Shown piece by piece: positions 11,641 to 24,287 of a stretch of DNA of 60,056 bases. Source of the stretch: Isurus oxyrinchus (Eukaryota); the NCBI GenBank assembly GCA_026770705.1, contig JANJGN010000557.1:3945-64000 (forward strand), in the 5' to 3' direction. The position numbers were made by a program, and so were the translations under genes. Position 1 is the first letter of the stretch. Every line of letters begins with the position of its first letter. The notes under the pieces are model-generated. The model ran no database searches. It saw nothing but the letters and a program-made list of their open reading frames with translations, and was not told the origin of the DNA.

Positions 11641-13135
11641 ACAGAGCTAGATAGATTCTTGATTAACAAGGGGGTGAAAGGTCATTGGGGGTAGGCAGGA
11701 ATGTGAGGTTGAGGTGACAATCAGATCAGCCATGATCTTACTGAATGGCGGAGCAGGTTCGAGTGACTGAGTGACCTACTCCTGATCCTAACTCAGATAT
11801 CCAGATGTTCTCAAAGGCAATTGGGGATGGGCAACAAATACTGGCCTAGTCAGCGACACCAACATCCCTGAAATGAATAAGAAAAAAATGTATCAATCAA
11901 TTAAATTTATTGATTAATCGAATTGAAATTCCTCCAGCTGCCGTGGTGGGATTTGAACCCGTGCCTTCAAAGCATTCACCTGGGCCTCTGGATCACTGGC
12001 CTAGTGCCATTCCCATTGTGCGACTGTCTGCTATCATCATGGCTCTTTCACATCGATGTGGAAGTCCTGATAACAGAAGCATTGGACGAGGTACAGAAAG
12101 GTGACAAATCAGGAGCTCCATTGCTCAATATGAACGGATAATAAAGATAAATGAACATAAACCTTCCAGTCGCTAATTAGGGAGTCACTGTGGAGCCCAT
12201 GAGTCCCTCGCAGCGCTATTGCAACCTTCTGGATCCCCAGTAGGGGACTCGGGGTGCAGCTGTGTCTTCCTCATCATTTGGAAAAGCCGGAATTGTTCGG
12301 GTGCCCCTTCAAACAGGCCGAAGATGCAGTGGGTGATGTCTCCCACAGGCCCTGGGAGACCTCCCCTGCCAATTTGTTTTGTAGCTTATTCTTCAACTGC
12401 GACATTGGATCAGCTTGAAAAAGGGTGAGGCTGAGGCAATACCACCAGGTAAGCGTCTATCCTCTCACACGTCACCCCCCCCACCCCCGTAACCAACACA
12501 GTCCCTCCCATCGTGCTGGAGGAGCATAATGTGCACATTCCCCTCCTTCCAATCAGTCTCCTCCCTTCCTCTCTAATCCTTGATCTTATTGTGTTCGAGG
12601 TTGACATCCCAGTCCTCCTCCCTAGACTGTCTGATGTTGACATCCCAATGCCCCATGTAGACCTGACCTCTCTCCAACTAGAGGCCCATTGTACTGTGAC
12701 TTACAGAGACCACCGGCCCCCCTCGATTCCCACCCCCACCCCTACTCTCTATATTACCTGCTCCCCACTGACAGGCTGCAGATGCCTCCCCTGACTGGGA
12801 TTGTGCCACCTGCGGCCTAGTATCAAGCCCCCACCCCCAGGACCGACGTGTGTGAGGGACTGACCACGTCCTGCACACCATGCTGGGCACCACCAACCCA
12901 GGACTGCCAGGCTGTCCCCACCACACTGGACTGGGACTAGAATAGGCATGCCAAGCACAGCTCTCTAAATCGTGGCGCAGACCCACAGCACTCGCAATGT
13001 TTTGTGGCCCGAATCCTTGCTGAGGAACTGCCCAGCACTAAAAGCAAAAAAACTGCGGATGCTGGAAATCCAAAACAGAAACAGAAACAGAAATACCTGG
13101 AAAAACTCAGCAGGTCTGGCAGCATCGGCAGAGAA

Positions 13136-13588
13136 GTACTGAGGTAGTGCGGCACTGTCGGAGGTTCAGTACTGAGGGAGTGCTGCACTGTCGGAGGCTC
13201 TGAAATGAGGGAGTGCTGCACTGTCGGAGGGTTTGAACTGAGGAAGTGCTGCACTGTCGGAGGGTCTGAACTGAGGGAGAGCTGCACTGTCGGAGGGTTT
13301 GAACTGAGGAAGTGCTGCACTGTCGGAGGGTCTGAACTGAAGGAGTGCTGCACTGTCGGAGGGTCTGAACTGAGGGAGTGCTGCACTGTCGGAGGGTCTG
13401 AAATGAGGGAGTGCTGCACTGTCAGAGGGTCTGAACTGAGAAAGTGCTGCACTGTCAGAGGGTCTGAACTGAGGGAGTGCTGCACTGTCGGAGGTTCTGA
13501 ACTGAGGGAGTGCTGCACTGTCGGAGGGTTTGAACTGAGGGAGTGCTGCATTGTCGGAGGGTCTGATCTGAGGGAGTGCTGCACTGTC
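13136..13588 (+). repeat. 33-bp minisatellite
   Basis: Same unit as 6108; gives 11-aa periodic spurious ORFs. Confidence 0.95.
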
Positions 13589-14319
13589 TAAAGAACATTG
13601 TACAAATTGCACAAAATTGCATCTGATGCCTGTGTCTCATGCTAACATGAAGTTCATGCACACAACAGGAATATTTCTCGCTGTTTCTCGACAGCAAGAC
13701 AGCTTTGGTATCACACCACCCACTGGCAAGAGTGTGCAGTTACAATGTGACATGTTTACATTGGAAATTTCTATTATAAAGATGGACAGAGGAATTCATC
13801 TGATTGGAATACGTGACAACAGGAAGCTATGTCTTTGAGCCAAGTATTTTGCAGCAAAACAAGAATTTTAATCTTTAAATATCTACAGAACAGGCTGAGC
13901 ATTTTAATCACTTGAGTTAATCAATGTAATTTTATTCATAAGCCAAATGCTTCTTACAATCTATCGCAGCATGAAAAAGGTGCAGCATTCAGAAAGCACA
14001 TTCCAATCAGAGAACAGAGTTTAGCAACGTCACATTTCTGTTCATTCCTATTCGATGAACAATTTCAAAAGGAAATTGGACGGAAATTGGAAATAAATTT
14101 GCAGGGATACGGGGATAGAGCGGGGGATGGGACTGAGTGGATTGCTTTACAGAGAGACAGCATAGACTCAATGGGCCAAATGTCCTCCTCCATTGCTGGA
14201 ATGACTCGATGATACGGAGATGATTATAACCAGGACACTGACCAGTTTCATTACAACTTAACACAACATCACACGTTATTTGTCCGCACTGACTGACCAG
14301 ATTGTTGCTGTACAAAGCT

Positions 14320-14459
14320 TCAAACAGTCTGTCGACTTCCTTTCACTGTTTGTCTCTCCCAGACACAGACTCCAGTGATAGTGATAACCACAGCCACAAG
14401 GAATATCACAGCTCGTATTCCCAGGATCAGGATCACGTGCAGAATCTCTCCTCCACTGT
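14320..14459 (-). CDS. Transmembrane/terminal exon with intramembrane Arg
   Basis: Acceptor ttctttctgtgtgttctctag|, phase 1: (D)SGGEILHVILILGIRAVIFLVAVVITITGVCVWERQTVKGSRQTV*; Arg codon 14413-14415. This frame is not in the ORF track. Confidence 0.8.
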
Positions 14460-17400
14460 CTAGAGAACACACAGAAAGAAATCATCACTGACTCTCCGCT
14501 TTCAATCTCTCACTCTGGCTGAACAATCAAGCTTCATATCACTGCAACATTTGCTGTAATATTGACCCATTCACTGGGATTCAATGTGGAATGAATGTTT
14601 TCACTGTAAACACTCTAAGAGTGGACAATCGGAACTTTCTCCTTAGCGTGGAACATTGGTGAGAATGGATCATTGTGCTGTTGGACTCCCTGTCCAATGT
14701 TTCTCTCCATCGCTGTGTACAGGATTGTGCTGTAGAAAATTCTGGAAACCTTTAGTGCCGGGTGAAAATCCATCTCAGCCGTGTGTGCGAATCGGGCAGG
14801 ATCGGGATGGACTCCCCCACGGATTTACACCCCCCGCTTAATAAACAGTTCCAATCTTTACCCAGAGAGAGGGGAGAATGTGGAACTCGCTCCCACAGGG
14901 AATGGTTGAGGTGAATAGTAGGAAATTAGGAAGTGAAATTGCTTGAAAAGCTTGGAGATGCAAGGGTTAAGTGTTACCGTGCTACCACTGGTGGGAGAGT
15001 GTAACTACAGCGTGATGTTTACATAGGCAATCCCCATTATGAACAAGGACATCATGTGAAAAATGGGCACTGGAAAGCTGAGAACTTGATGTAAGCTTTT
15101 CAGCAACAGGAATTCCCTTCCTAAACCTCTCCACTTCCCTCTTATTCTCAGATACTCATACAAAATTTCACACAAAATCACGTAAGGAGGAATTGGGACT
15201 GGTGACTGGTCAAAGAGTTAGATTTCAGGAAGGTTCTTAAAGTAGGATAGAGAGTTGGAGAGGCAGAGAGTATCTGTGAGTATCTCTGTGCATCTGAGTG
15301 TCTGTAATAGACTTTGCAATTTCCATATTCTTCCATAAATATGAAAGGGAACACAAATCCCAGAATCCAGGTCAACTCTCCGGTGCAGCACTGAGGGAGG
15401 TCAGGTAATCCACAGGGGAGTATGTGCTAGTGTGTTTGTTTGTGAGTGTGTCTTTGTGTGTGCTCATAGATGTGGGATTGTGTGTCTGCAGGTGTCTATT
15501 TAAGGCTGGATATTTATGTGTGTTTTTGTAGTGTTTCAATCTGAGAGAGATGTTGAAGTTTGCCTTAAGTAACGTTCCACAGTGATGGTTATGAACCCCT
15601 CCACTGCTCCATGTTCATTCTCTGAGCACACTGATAGTCTCCAGTGTCCCTGGATGTAACGTGAGGAATCACCAACCACAGCTCATTGTTGGAACTTGTT
15701 CTGTTCATTGTGATATTCAGATGTCAGGACCGGACTCAACAAGACAGATTGCAGGTTTACCAACAGAAAGTGAACAACAATTTATATTTAAAGGGAAGAG
15801 AGTGCTGGTTAATCAGCAAGTGGTCTCTGATTGGAGGAGGTGTTGCCATGGAAAATAATGTGTGTGAGATGTAAAGTTTAGACAGCTTGTCTCTTCATTC
15901 AGCAACAATCAAATAAAGATCAGTTAACTTCTATCGACTGTGAAGCACTTTGAGAGGCATGAGAATGTGGATACTGAGAACAGGCTGCACTGTCAGAGGG
16001 TCAGCGCTGAGGGAGTGCTGATGTAGAATGAAGGGTGTCCGTTCTTACCTTGCACAGTTAGTACGAGGGTCCGCTCCGATGAAACAGATGGATATCTCAC
16101 TCTGCAGCTGAGAGTGTGTCCATGGTGTTTGAGTGATGGGATCAGGGTCAGAACAGAAGTATAGGTCAGAGTGACACCATGCTGAGTTACAGTGTTTGAG
16201 ACTGATCCAGGTACGTCAGTGGGAGTGTCCCAGGTTAAGACAGGTGCTGCTGTTCCATTGCACGTTGTGTTGAAGGTGCAGCTTACATCCACAGGCTTTC
16301 CTGCAATAATTTCAGCAGGGAATATCGTGGGTTTATCTGTGAAATCTAACAGACAGAGAATGGATCCTTTTAGAGAAATATAACGTGAAGCATCAGTTCA
16401 AATAGAAATCACAGTCCCACAAGAAAAAGCACTTTTACAAGGATGATATCAGATCTGAGAGGTTACAATGATTAGGAGAGAATTTCCTGCTTTGAGACTT
16501 TGGTGTTTCTGTCTCTCAGCTTAATACACGTTCACTCCGAGACACTTGAACTTATAATAGTGGGTGAGGGTGGTGGAGCAGACCAGAGTTTGGAGTGCAC
16601 TAACCCATCAGTCCCTCAGCGATCTGGGCCATTTTTTACTTTGCAATTTGTGGGAGCTTGCTGTATGCAAATTGGTTGCTGTGTTTCCCACATTACAATA
16701 GTAACTACAATTCAGGAATCAGCTCATTGGCTGTGAAGTGATTTGGTCCATGCTGAGGTGGTGAAAGGTGCTACAGAAATGTGAATCTTTCTTCTGTCGC
16801 TAAGTCAGACTTCGAGACAGGATTAGAGAGATCGATAGGAGTGGATAACCTGATAACATTGATGGACACAGTCAATACATTTAATCATTGATATTAAAGT
16901 GAGTATTAGAGGTTGCTTTAGGAGTGAATTGGAAGCGATCACCAGGTTATTGAGAATCAGACAGTGTGTTATAATAAGCTGTGTTTTGTGTTAATACGTA
17001 AACGTCACAGTTTGTGTTATTTCCCATTGAGTGTTGAATGTGAATTGTTGAGTAATTATAACACAGCACTTACCAGAAACGGGAAGCTGGGTTACAGGGT
17101 AATAGTTATGGCTCGGACCATTGTCAAATTCTATTCTGAAAAAATAAGGACCCGCATCTTCCCGTCTGATGTTGTTTATAATCAGGGAACAGTCGCCATC
17201 TTTCAGGTCTCCAGACAGCCGGGTCCAATGGTGGAACCGTGGTAACTCGTGACTGTGATCCTTGGAGTGAAAGGCTATAGACGATGTTCTCCATTCCTCA
17301 TTATTAAACCAGACTCCACCTCGCGGTTGGTTTTCCAGACACGATGGATAACTGTAATGACATGGAATCTGTACACAGGAACCTTCCTGCACTGTCACCT

Positions 17401-20400
17401 GTCGTGGATTGTCACCTTTCCACTCTTGCGAGGGTTCAGCTGGGGAGAGAAATCTCAATATTTATCTCTGGATGGTTTGTGGATCCACTGAACCCAATAT
17501 TTACAGATGAGGCTGAATTGGGGGGATGGTCAATACTGAGGAGAATGGCAACAAATTATATTGTCAGGAAGAATAGAAAAACAGGATATAATTTAAATGG
17601 AGACAGGCTGCAGAATGCAGTACAGAGGGATCTGGGTGTCCTGGTACATGAATCACAGAAAGTCAGCAATCAGGAACACCACAGAATGAGGAAGGCAAGT
17701 GGAATGTTGGCCTTTATTGCAAAGGGATGGAGTATAAAAGGAGGGAAGTCTTGCAACAGCTGCACAGGGTGTTAGTGAGATTGTAACAGGATCATTGTGT
17801 ACAGGCAGTTCAGAGAAGCTTCACTGGGCTGATTCCTGGGATTAAAGGGTTTGTCCTGTGAGGAAATGTTGAGCAGGTTGGGCCTGTATCCATTGGAGTT
17901 TAGAAGAATGAGGGGTGAGCTTATTGAAACATATCCGATTCCGAGGGGGCTTGACAGGGTGGATGCTGGGAGGATGTTTCCCCCTCGTGGGGGAATCTAG
18001 AACCAGGGAGCACAGTTTCGGAATGAGGGCTCTCCCATTTAAGACTGAGATGAGGAGGAATTTCCTCTCTCAGAGGGGCGCTAGCCTGTGGAATTCTCTT
18101 CCCCAGAGAGCAGTGGAGGCTGGGCCATTGAATAGACTCAAGGCTGAGTGAGGCAGGTTTTTGATCGACAAGGGAGTCAAGGGTTTGGGGGACAAGCAGG
18201 AAAATGGAGTTAAGGCCGCAACCAGATCAGTGAGAGCAGGCTGGAGGGACCGAATGGCCTGCTCCTGTCCCTATTTCTTATGTTCCTACATTCTTACCTT
18301 CCTAAAATATTAAAGCTGCAGAATAAACATGCAAGTGAATGACCCGCTCGACCCACCTTCCATCTGGGGGTCCCATGGGGAGGACCCTTCCTGAGCCAGA
18401 TCCACCAGCCAACATGGTCTGGATCTGAGCACAGGAGACACGGGGGGGGAGGGACTAACAGGCTCCTTGTGACAGGCCCCGTCTGTCCAATGGCTGGCTT
18501 TCAGCTGCCAAGGCCAGAGTGGTCCTTGCTAAAACCGGCTCAGGACAGGCCAGGACCCCTGTGCAGACCCCCTCCAGCGCTGCAGCCTCTGTACAAACCC
18601 CTCATGCGCTTGTGGAGAGACACAAACAAGGCTGCACATTACCGAGGAGAATCCCCTCTACGGGCTAAGGGGCTGACTCATCACCTTAAACTCAGCAAAT
18701 GAGGAGGCTCTCGCTCGGTATCGGGGCTTGGCATTGGCTCAATAAAAATAAGAGCTGTTTCAGCACAGTGGCTGGGGTGGGAACCTGATTGAAGGGATTC
18801 AAACATGGAGTTCCGGGAAAGATGGGAACGGATTCGGGAGATGGAAACACGTTGCAGGACTTTGGAGGGGAAAGAGAGGCTGGGGATGGGACGGGAGATT
18901 ACACAGACAGTGTGAGGGGTGGAAGGTGTAGTGGGGAGGAGACACTTTACTCAGGGGGGAGGTGTCATCACCCCTCAGCTCGGTTTACGTTACAGCTATG
19001 ATGTGGATTCAATCACACACAATAAGCTCATGGATCTGGGAGCAGAAATAGACAAATCATTAAAAATAGTGACGCTGGTTAACACGGCCAAAAAACAAGC
19101 AAATCAAACACTATTATTTCCCATTGAGTGTTGGATGTGAATTGTTGAGTAATTATAACACAGCACTTACCAGAAACATGAAGCTGGGTTTCAGGACGGT
19201 CGTTGTATCTATTCCTGCTGTCAAAATCTGTTCTGAATAAATAATATCCTGCATCTTCCCGTCTGATGTTGTTTATAATCAGGGAACAGTCACCATCTTT
19301 CAGGTCTCCAGAAAGCCGGGTCCGATGGTGGAACCGTGGTAACTCGCGACTGTGATCCTTGGAGTGAAAGGCTATAGACCATGTTTCCCAATTCCTTCTC
19401 ATATACCAGATTCCAACAGGTGATCTCGGTACTAAATATGATGGGTAGCTGTAATGACACGGAATCTGTACACACGAACCTTCCTGCGCTGTCACCTCTC
19501 GTGGAGTGTCACCTTTCCACACTTGTGGTAGTCCAGCTAGGGGGAGAAATATCAATATTTAACTCTGAATGTTTTGTCAATCCACTAGACTCAAAATCCA
19601 CCCCCTCCATCACTGGGGCACAGTGGCTGCAGTCTGGACTCACAATGAATGCCCCAATGTTTCACAACACATTGAAGAGAATCCTGGATACAGGAGTGGA
19701 CAAGTTCATTCTACATTGGCTCGTAGCCCTCAGGAACCTGCTTAGTGAAGCCAGTCTTCCACCCAACACAGTGTCTACAAGACACACTAATTGAAGTGAG
19801 TTCACTGCTGATTTACAAACTAGGACAATGGATTAGGAGCCTTCAGAATTCCCCCATTATCACCATCATGAATCATGAATTGGCCTAGCTGTCCTAGATC
19901 CTCAGTGTCTAAGGCAGTGGTTCCTATTGTGATGAAAGTATAATAATTTTCATAAAATTTTATAGTATATTGTGAAGTAGGTTTATGGGGGTACGCATGA
20001 TGGGTCTGCATGTGATTTAAGTACATTTGGAGTTAATTAGATTGGAAGTTTAAAATGATCAAAAGGAGCTAGGTGCTTGACATGCTATTGAGTAAACATG
20101 GATGCTGCTTAGCATGGAAGGTATGAAGAGAATTTGCATTTTTATTTCAATGAAGGGGTTGTTGGATTTCAAAGGAATCTTAGTTTGTTTACAAATAGCC
20201 AGATAAGCAAGACTAAGGAATGTGCTTATTTTTCTCAAAGGCTCTTGGCAATATGGGCACCACAAAAGAATTTGTTATGAGGAAGATACAGTTTCAAAAA
20301 CATTTGGAACAATAGAATTTTCATGTTACAAAGAGAGAAATATATATCTATCAGGGAGAATGAAAGGCTATGTGTCAGAATGCCATGTAAGATCTAACAC

Positions 20401-23400
20401 GAGTGTGTGATATAGTCTTAATGAAACCACTAGCATTTGTGCACAAGCCTGCTATCCAACAGAACTGAAGTTGGGGAAAAGCCACTTGGAATTCCTCTGT
20501 GCAGGGTATTGCTTTTATATTGTGTTAACTTGCTGAGTTTGTTTTAAATATAAACTCTATTTTTGGACCGTTGCCTTAAAGGGAGTGTAACTGGGAGTCA
20601 GGTAATTTCGGAATTTTAAGAATTATTATTAAAATGGTAATTGTAGTGTCATGTACATGCATGATATCATTTATTCTGAGAGCAAGTATTTTAATTTAAT
20701 TTTCAAATCTCTAAAGTTCCTAGAGTAATTATTGCTTCTGAAGTCAGTGCACACATCTCATAATAAATACAAATTGCAAAATCATTATGATCGTGTGACC
20801 ACCTTTCTCTCATGGACTTGGTCTGCCTGGCACACATCACCTGCCAAGTGATAACACTGCTGTAATATGCCTTTCAGGGACAGCAGCATGACATCACTCG
20901 AGGGGAAGTGTGTCATGTGATTTTTAGGAACTGGGGATAGGTTAAGTAAGTTCTATGTGTATTTTTGTGTGTTAGGCATAAGGTCTATCTTTAAGTTCAA
21001 GTTTAGTTTGATTTCTGTATTTGTGTGTTAAGAAAGGGGGAAACTTGACTTTTAGTTTCATTTTTATAGAAGCCAGAAATCTAATGAGGTTTGGTGACTG
21101 TTGAAGGAAAGTCAAAACAAATACAATGTGTAAGAAACTGTGCTGTTGCCTGGCAACAGTGATCCAGAGGGAAGGTCCCACAGAGACAGAGAAAAACAGA
21201 AAAGTACTTTCAGTTCTGTTGAAAGGAGTTGCCAGGAGAAGCAGCAAAGGAGCGGGACAGATAGTCAGTCCCAAATTATAGAAGAAGCCAAAACTATCGA
21301 GTGGAACAGGAGAAAGGGCCAAGAAGACGCTCTAGTCCAAGGAAGATCAGGAATCTGGACAAGGTCCTGTTAAGTCAAGTTAAGGTTGAGGTTCAGAGGA
21401 GGGATCCAAGCTAAAAGAGAATGGGCAAAAGGACACAGACCCAAAGCAAAATAGGCTTGTGAGAAGCCAGAAGATCCTAGGAGACATCACAGGTTGGTGA
21501 CTCATTACTACGGCCATGTGAAGCCATGGTGTTCCATTGACACGGCTGAGCATTGGAGAGACAGGGCGTGGAAGGAAGGCTGAATGCACGTGGCGATCCA
21601 GGGGGCAGGAACATGGGAAGGAGAGTTTGAAATAGTGAAAGTGGACCCTTGTGGAAGGTGTCTGAGTGAAAGTGTCATGTTGGAGAAGATTCCAAAGAGA
21701 GCACTTGGTGAGTAGAGATTGGAAACTCTCATGTGAAAGAAGCAGTTTCGTTAGACCAGTTGCCTCACGGTGTAACAAGCGTCTAGAGTCAGTTGAGGAG
21801 GGACCCGGAGCATTTGTTCCAAGTGGGTTCTGTCACTTGGTTTCAGAATGTGGTGTCCCTGACCCCAGGTCGTCTACTGTTTTACATCGACTGTGTACTT
21901 AGTGTGAACATGAGAGTATAAGTTAGTTATTGTAATTGCGTTATCCTTATGAAACTGTAAATGTATAGGTCTGGGTGAAGGAGTAATGTCATATAGTTTG
22001 TCTTTCCTAGTTTAATAAATGTTTTATTCTTTTGTTAGAAGTTCATCAGATGACTCCTGTGACTCTGTTCAGTAGCCACACTCCACATTCCTAAATAAAA
22101 AATAAAAGTTAGGACCTATCAAGCTGAGTTCCACCCTGGGATCTGACTTGCCCAGTAGTAACATCAGCTGGGATGATAACACCATCCAGTCCAAGTTTCA
22201 CTTTGGTCTGTGAGCAGAACACAGCTCACACAGTTTGGCTGCAGGTGTCTCCCAGCTTTCTATCCTTGTACATCTGTTCTCATGTCCCTATTCAAAATAA
22301 CTGAACCCACAATGTATTTACCCAATTCCGTATCAGTGGTTGGTGCCTTTATATCATTATAAAAACACAACATGGTGATCAGCGGTGACCAAACATTCTG
22401 GCAGCAAGATTCAGTACAATATGAAAATGATACCAGAAACCTCTTATTCTCTGTCCTTCTCAAAGATCCATCCCTGCAGCAGGAGCCTTAAGAGTTATTG
22501 ATGTGGGGCTTAATTTATCAGATTGCAGAATGATCTGGAAGAGAAGGAAGTCATTTGGCCCATCGAGCCTGTGCTGGGCCTTTGAAAGTTCTGTCCAATA
22601 AGTCCCACTCTAACCTCTGCTCTCTCCTCCACAGCCCTGCAAAATGTCCCCTTCAAGTATTTATCCAGTTCCCCTTCTGAAAGTTCCTGTTGAATCTGCT
22701 TCCACCGGCCTTTCAGGCAGTGAGTCAATGGTCTCTCTCTGAGCTGCAAAGTGCTCAGATTCTGTGAAATTTAAACTCTGCAGCAGATCAGAGACACTCA
22801 TGATAACTCAGAATATTTGACAGTTTTACACACAGACAGCTTTACCTTCCTCTCTCTTTCAGTTATCTTGCTCCCTTATTGAAGTATCTAGCATGGTGAG
22901 AATGGACAGGAAGTGTGACACTGAACAGCCTGTCTATTCTAGGAGCTGCTGTGTTGTCTTCATGGGAAATTCTGACTAAAATCAGCAAATGACACAAAAT
23001 TTCAGGGCATTGTTATCCGAGTCCTAGCATCAGGATAGACCTCATTCCCCAGTTTTTATCCCTGTTTCTCTATTCAGCCGATCGCTCCCCTGTCACTGGC
23101 TGACCTACATTGGCTCCCAGTCCAGCAATGACTCAAATTTCAAATTCTCATCATTGATTTCTTACCCGCAATCCACCCTCTCCCCTCCCTATCTCTGTAA
23201 CCTCCTCCAGTTCTTACAACCCTCTGAGATCTCTATTCTCCTCCAATTCTGCTGTCAGACATGGAGTCAGTGTATATCAGTGAGCACAGGGGTGATGGGT
23301 GAATGGGACTTGGTGTGAGGTTGTACACTGGTACTGTTCACTGCTGAATCGGTTCCCAATCACAGCTCAATAAGAATGATCTTTTACAAAGACTATTAGC

Positions 23401-23472
23401 CATAAATCTGTCTGAGCTGACGATGATATTACCTTGGAGAAGTGACAGGAGGAAGTAAGATTTCCCGATCAT
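14320..23472 (-). CDS. Activating-type Siglec-like receptor, spliced: 23472-23433, 19536-19171, 17439-17074, 16345-16049, 14459-14320 (402 aa with both V exons, 280 aa with one)
   Basis: All exons have AG/GT borders and phase-1 junctions and join in frame: leader, V-set, V-set, C2, TM with Arg, short tail. AATAAA on the minus strand at 13931-13936. Confidence 0.75.
15574..15726 (-). pseudogene. Broken copy of the 282-bp C2-set repeat exon
   Basis: Only the 3' half remains (MNRTSSNNELWLVIPHVTSRDTGDYQC); 1-nt deletion after the Cys; acceptor and 5' half replaced by unrelated sequence; donor GTTACT. Confidence 0.85.
16049..16345 (-). CDS. Siglec domain-2 C2-set exon
   Basis: 297 bp, DFTDKPTIFPAEIIAGKPVDVSCTFNTTCNGTAAPVLTW...LSCRVRYP...VLTVQ; C-x5-C pattern of Siglec domain 2. 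Confidence 0.92.
17074..17439 (-). CDS. Siglec V-set exon V2
   Basis: 366 bp; GSCVQIPC, GDCSL, EDAGPYFFR with the essential Arg at 17135-17137; CAG acceptor and GTAAGT donor. Confidence 0.9.
17560..18300 (+). mobile_element. CR1 LINE 3' fragment
   Basis: YNLNGDRLQNAVQRDLGVLVHESQKVS...FKTEMRRNFLSQRGASLWNSLPQRAVEA; frameshifted. Confidence 0.88.
19171..19536 (-). CDS. Siglec V-set exon V1
   Basis: 366 bp; GSCVQIPC, GDCSL, EDAGYYLFR with Arg at 19232-19234; TAG acceptor and GTAAGT donor. Confidence 0.9.
19928..20856 (+). mobile_element. Solo LTR-like element
   Basis: TGT...ACA termini; homologous throughout to 52659-53549. Confidence 0.65.
20861..22181 (+). mobile_element. Second LTR-like element abutting the first
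   Basis: TGTAA...TAACA termini, AATAAA near the 3' end, similar organisation to its neighbour. Confidence 0.5.
23433..23472 (-). CDS. Leader exon, coding part (whole exon 23433-23514)
   Basis: MIGKSYFLLSLLQ+G|GTAATA; same peptide and 82-bp exon length as 33051-33132. Confidence 0.85.
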
Positions 23473-23922
23473 TGTCCACTCCCAGATATTCCATCCACTT
23501 CTGACTCTCAAACTCTGAAAGAGAAAGGAGTTAATGAGACCTCACCTCTTGTCCGACAGCGGTCGAGAGATCAGAACTGCTTTTAGACAATGTCTTCACT
23601 GACTAATTTGATTCTCTGTGGGATGATAGGTGCTCTGCAGAGAGTCACAAGACTTTAACAAAGAAAAACAATGAAGGGTTTGCATTTCTATAGCACCTTT
23701 CACCACCTCAGGATGTCCCAAAGCTCATGTCTCTGCTCTTCCCTCATCCCTTGAGCTAGAAAGATGTTCTGTACAACAGACTTGAGCCTCACACCCAGAT
23801 CTCAATAATCAGTAGAAATCTTTCAAAGGCATCAATCATTGGAATCTGTCTTTATAAAGTCACAACATCAACAAAGGACGGTGTTGGTGGTGGAAGTGAA
23901 TTCCAATCGTTCCGTTACTTAC

Positions 23923-24063
23923 CCAGGACCTGTCCGACTGCTCGCCTGGGGAGGAACTGCCCACACGCTCTGCTTGGGCTGAATGACCTCTTCCTGTGCT
24001 GCTCCCTCTGTGTATTTAATTAGAATGGGTGGATGTGTCACTGTGAGACATAATGAGGAAGTG
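23923..24063 (-). promoter_or_regulatory. Putative 5'UTR exon and ETS/PU.1-box promoter of the minus-strand Siglec
   Basis: GG|GTAAGT donor at 23923; GAGGAAGTG at 24055-24063; mirrored at 32521-32660. Confidence 0.5.
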
Positions 24064-24287
24064 GGTAACCAGTGAGAAGATTGAGGATGTTTTGTGCTCT
24101 CAGCAAAACGTTTACCATGTGTGATCTGTCAGCTCATATTTGGGCAGCTGTAGTCATGAAGCTTCTCCATTGGCTCTGTGGGATTAGACCCCTTCCCCTC
24201 ACCTCGGAGGCTGAAACTCAAGCGATAAGAGTTCCCAATACAGGTCTCTGGCCATATGGTCCATGTCGACAATCTGTGGTATCATTA

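Noticed and set aside
14276-14488. 70-aa ORF MMISFCVFSR...
   Set aside because: Different frame from the spliced TM exon.
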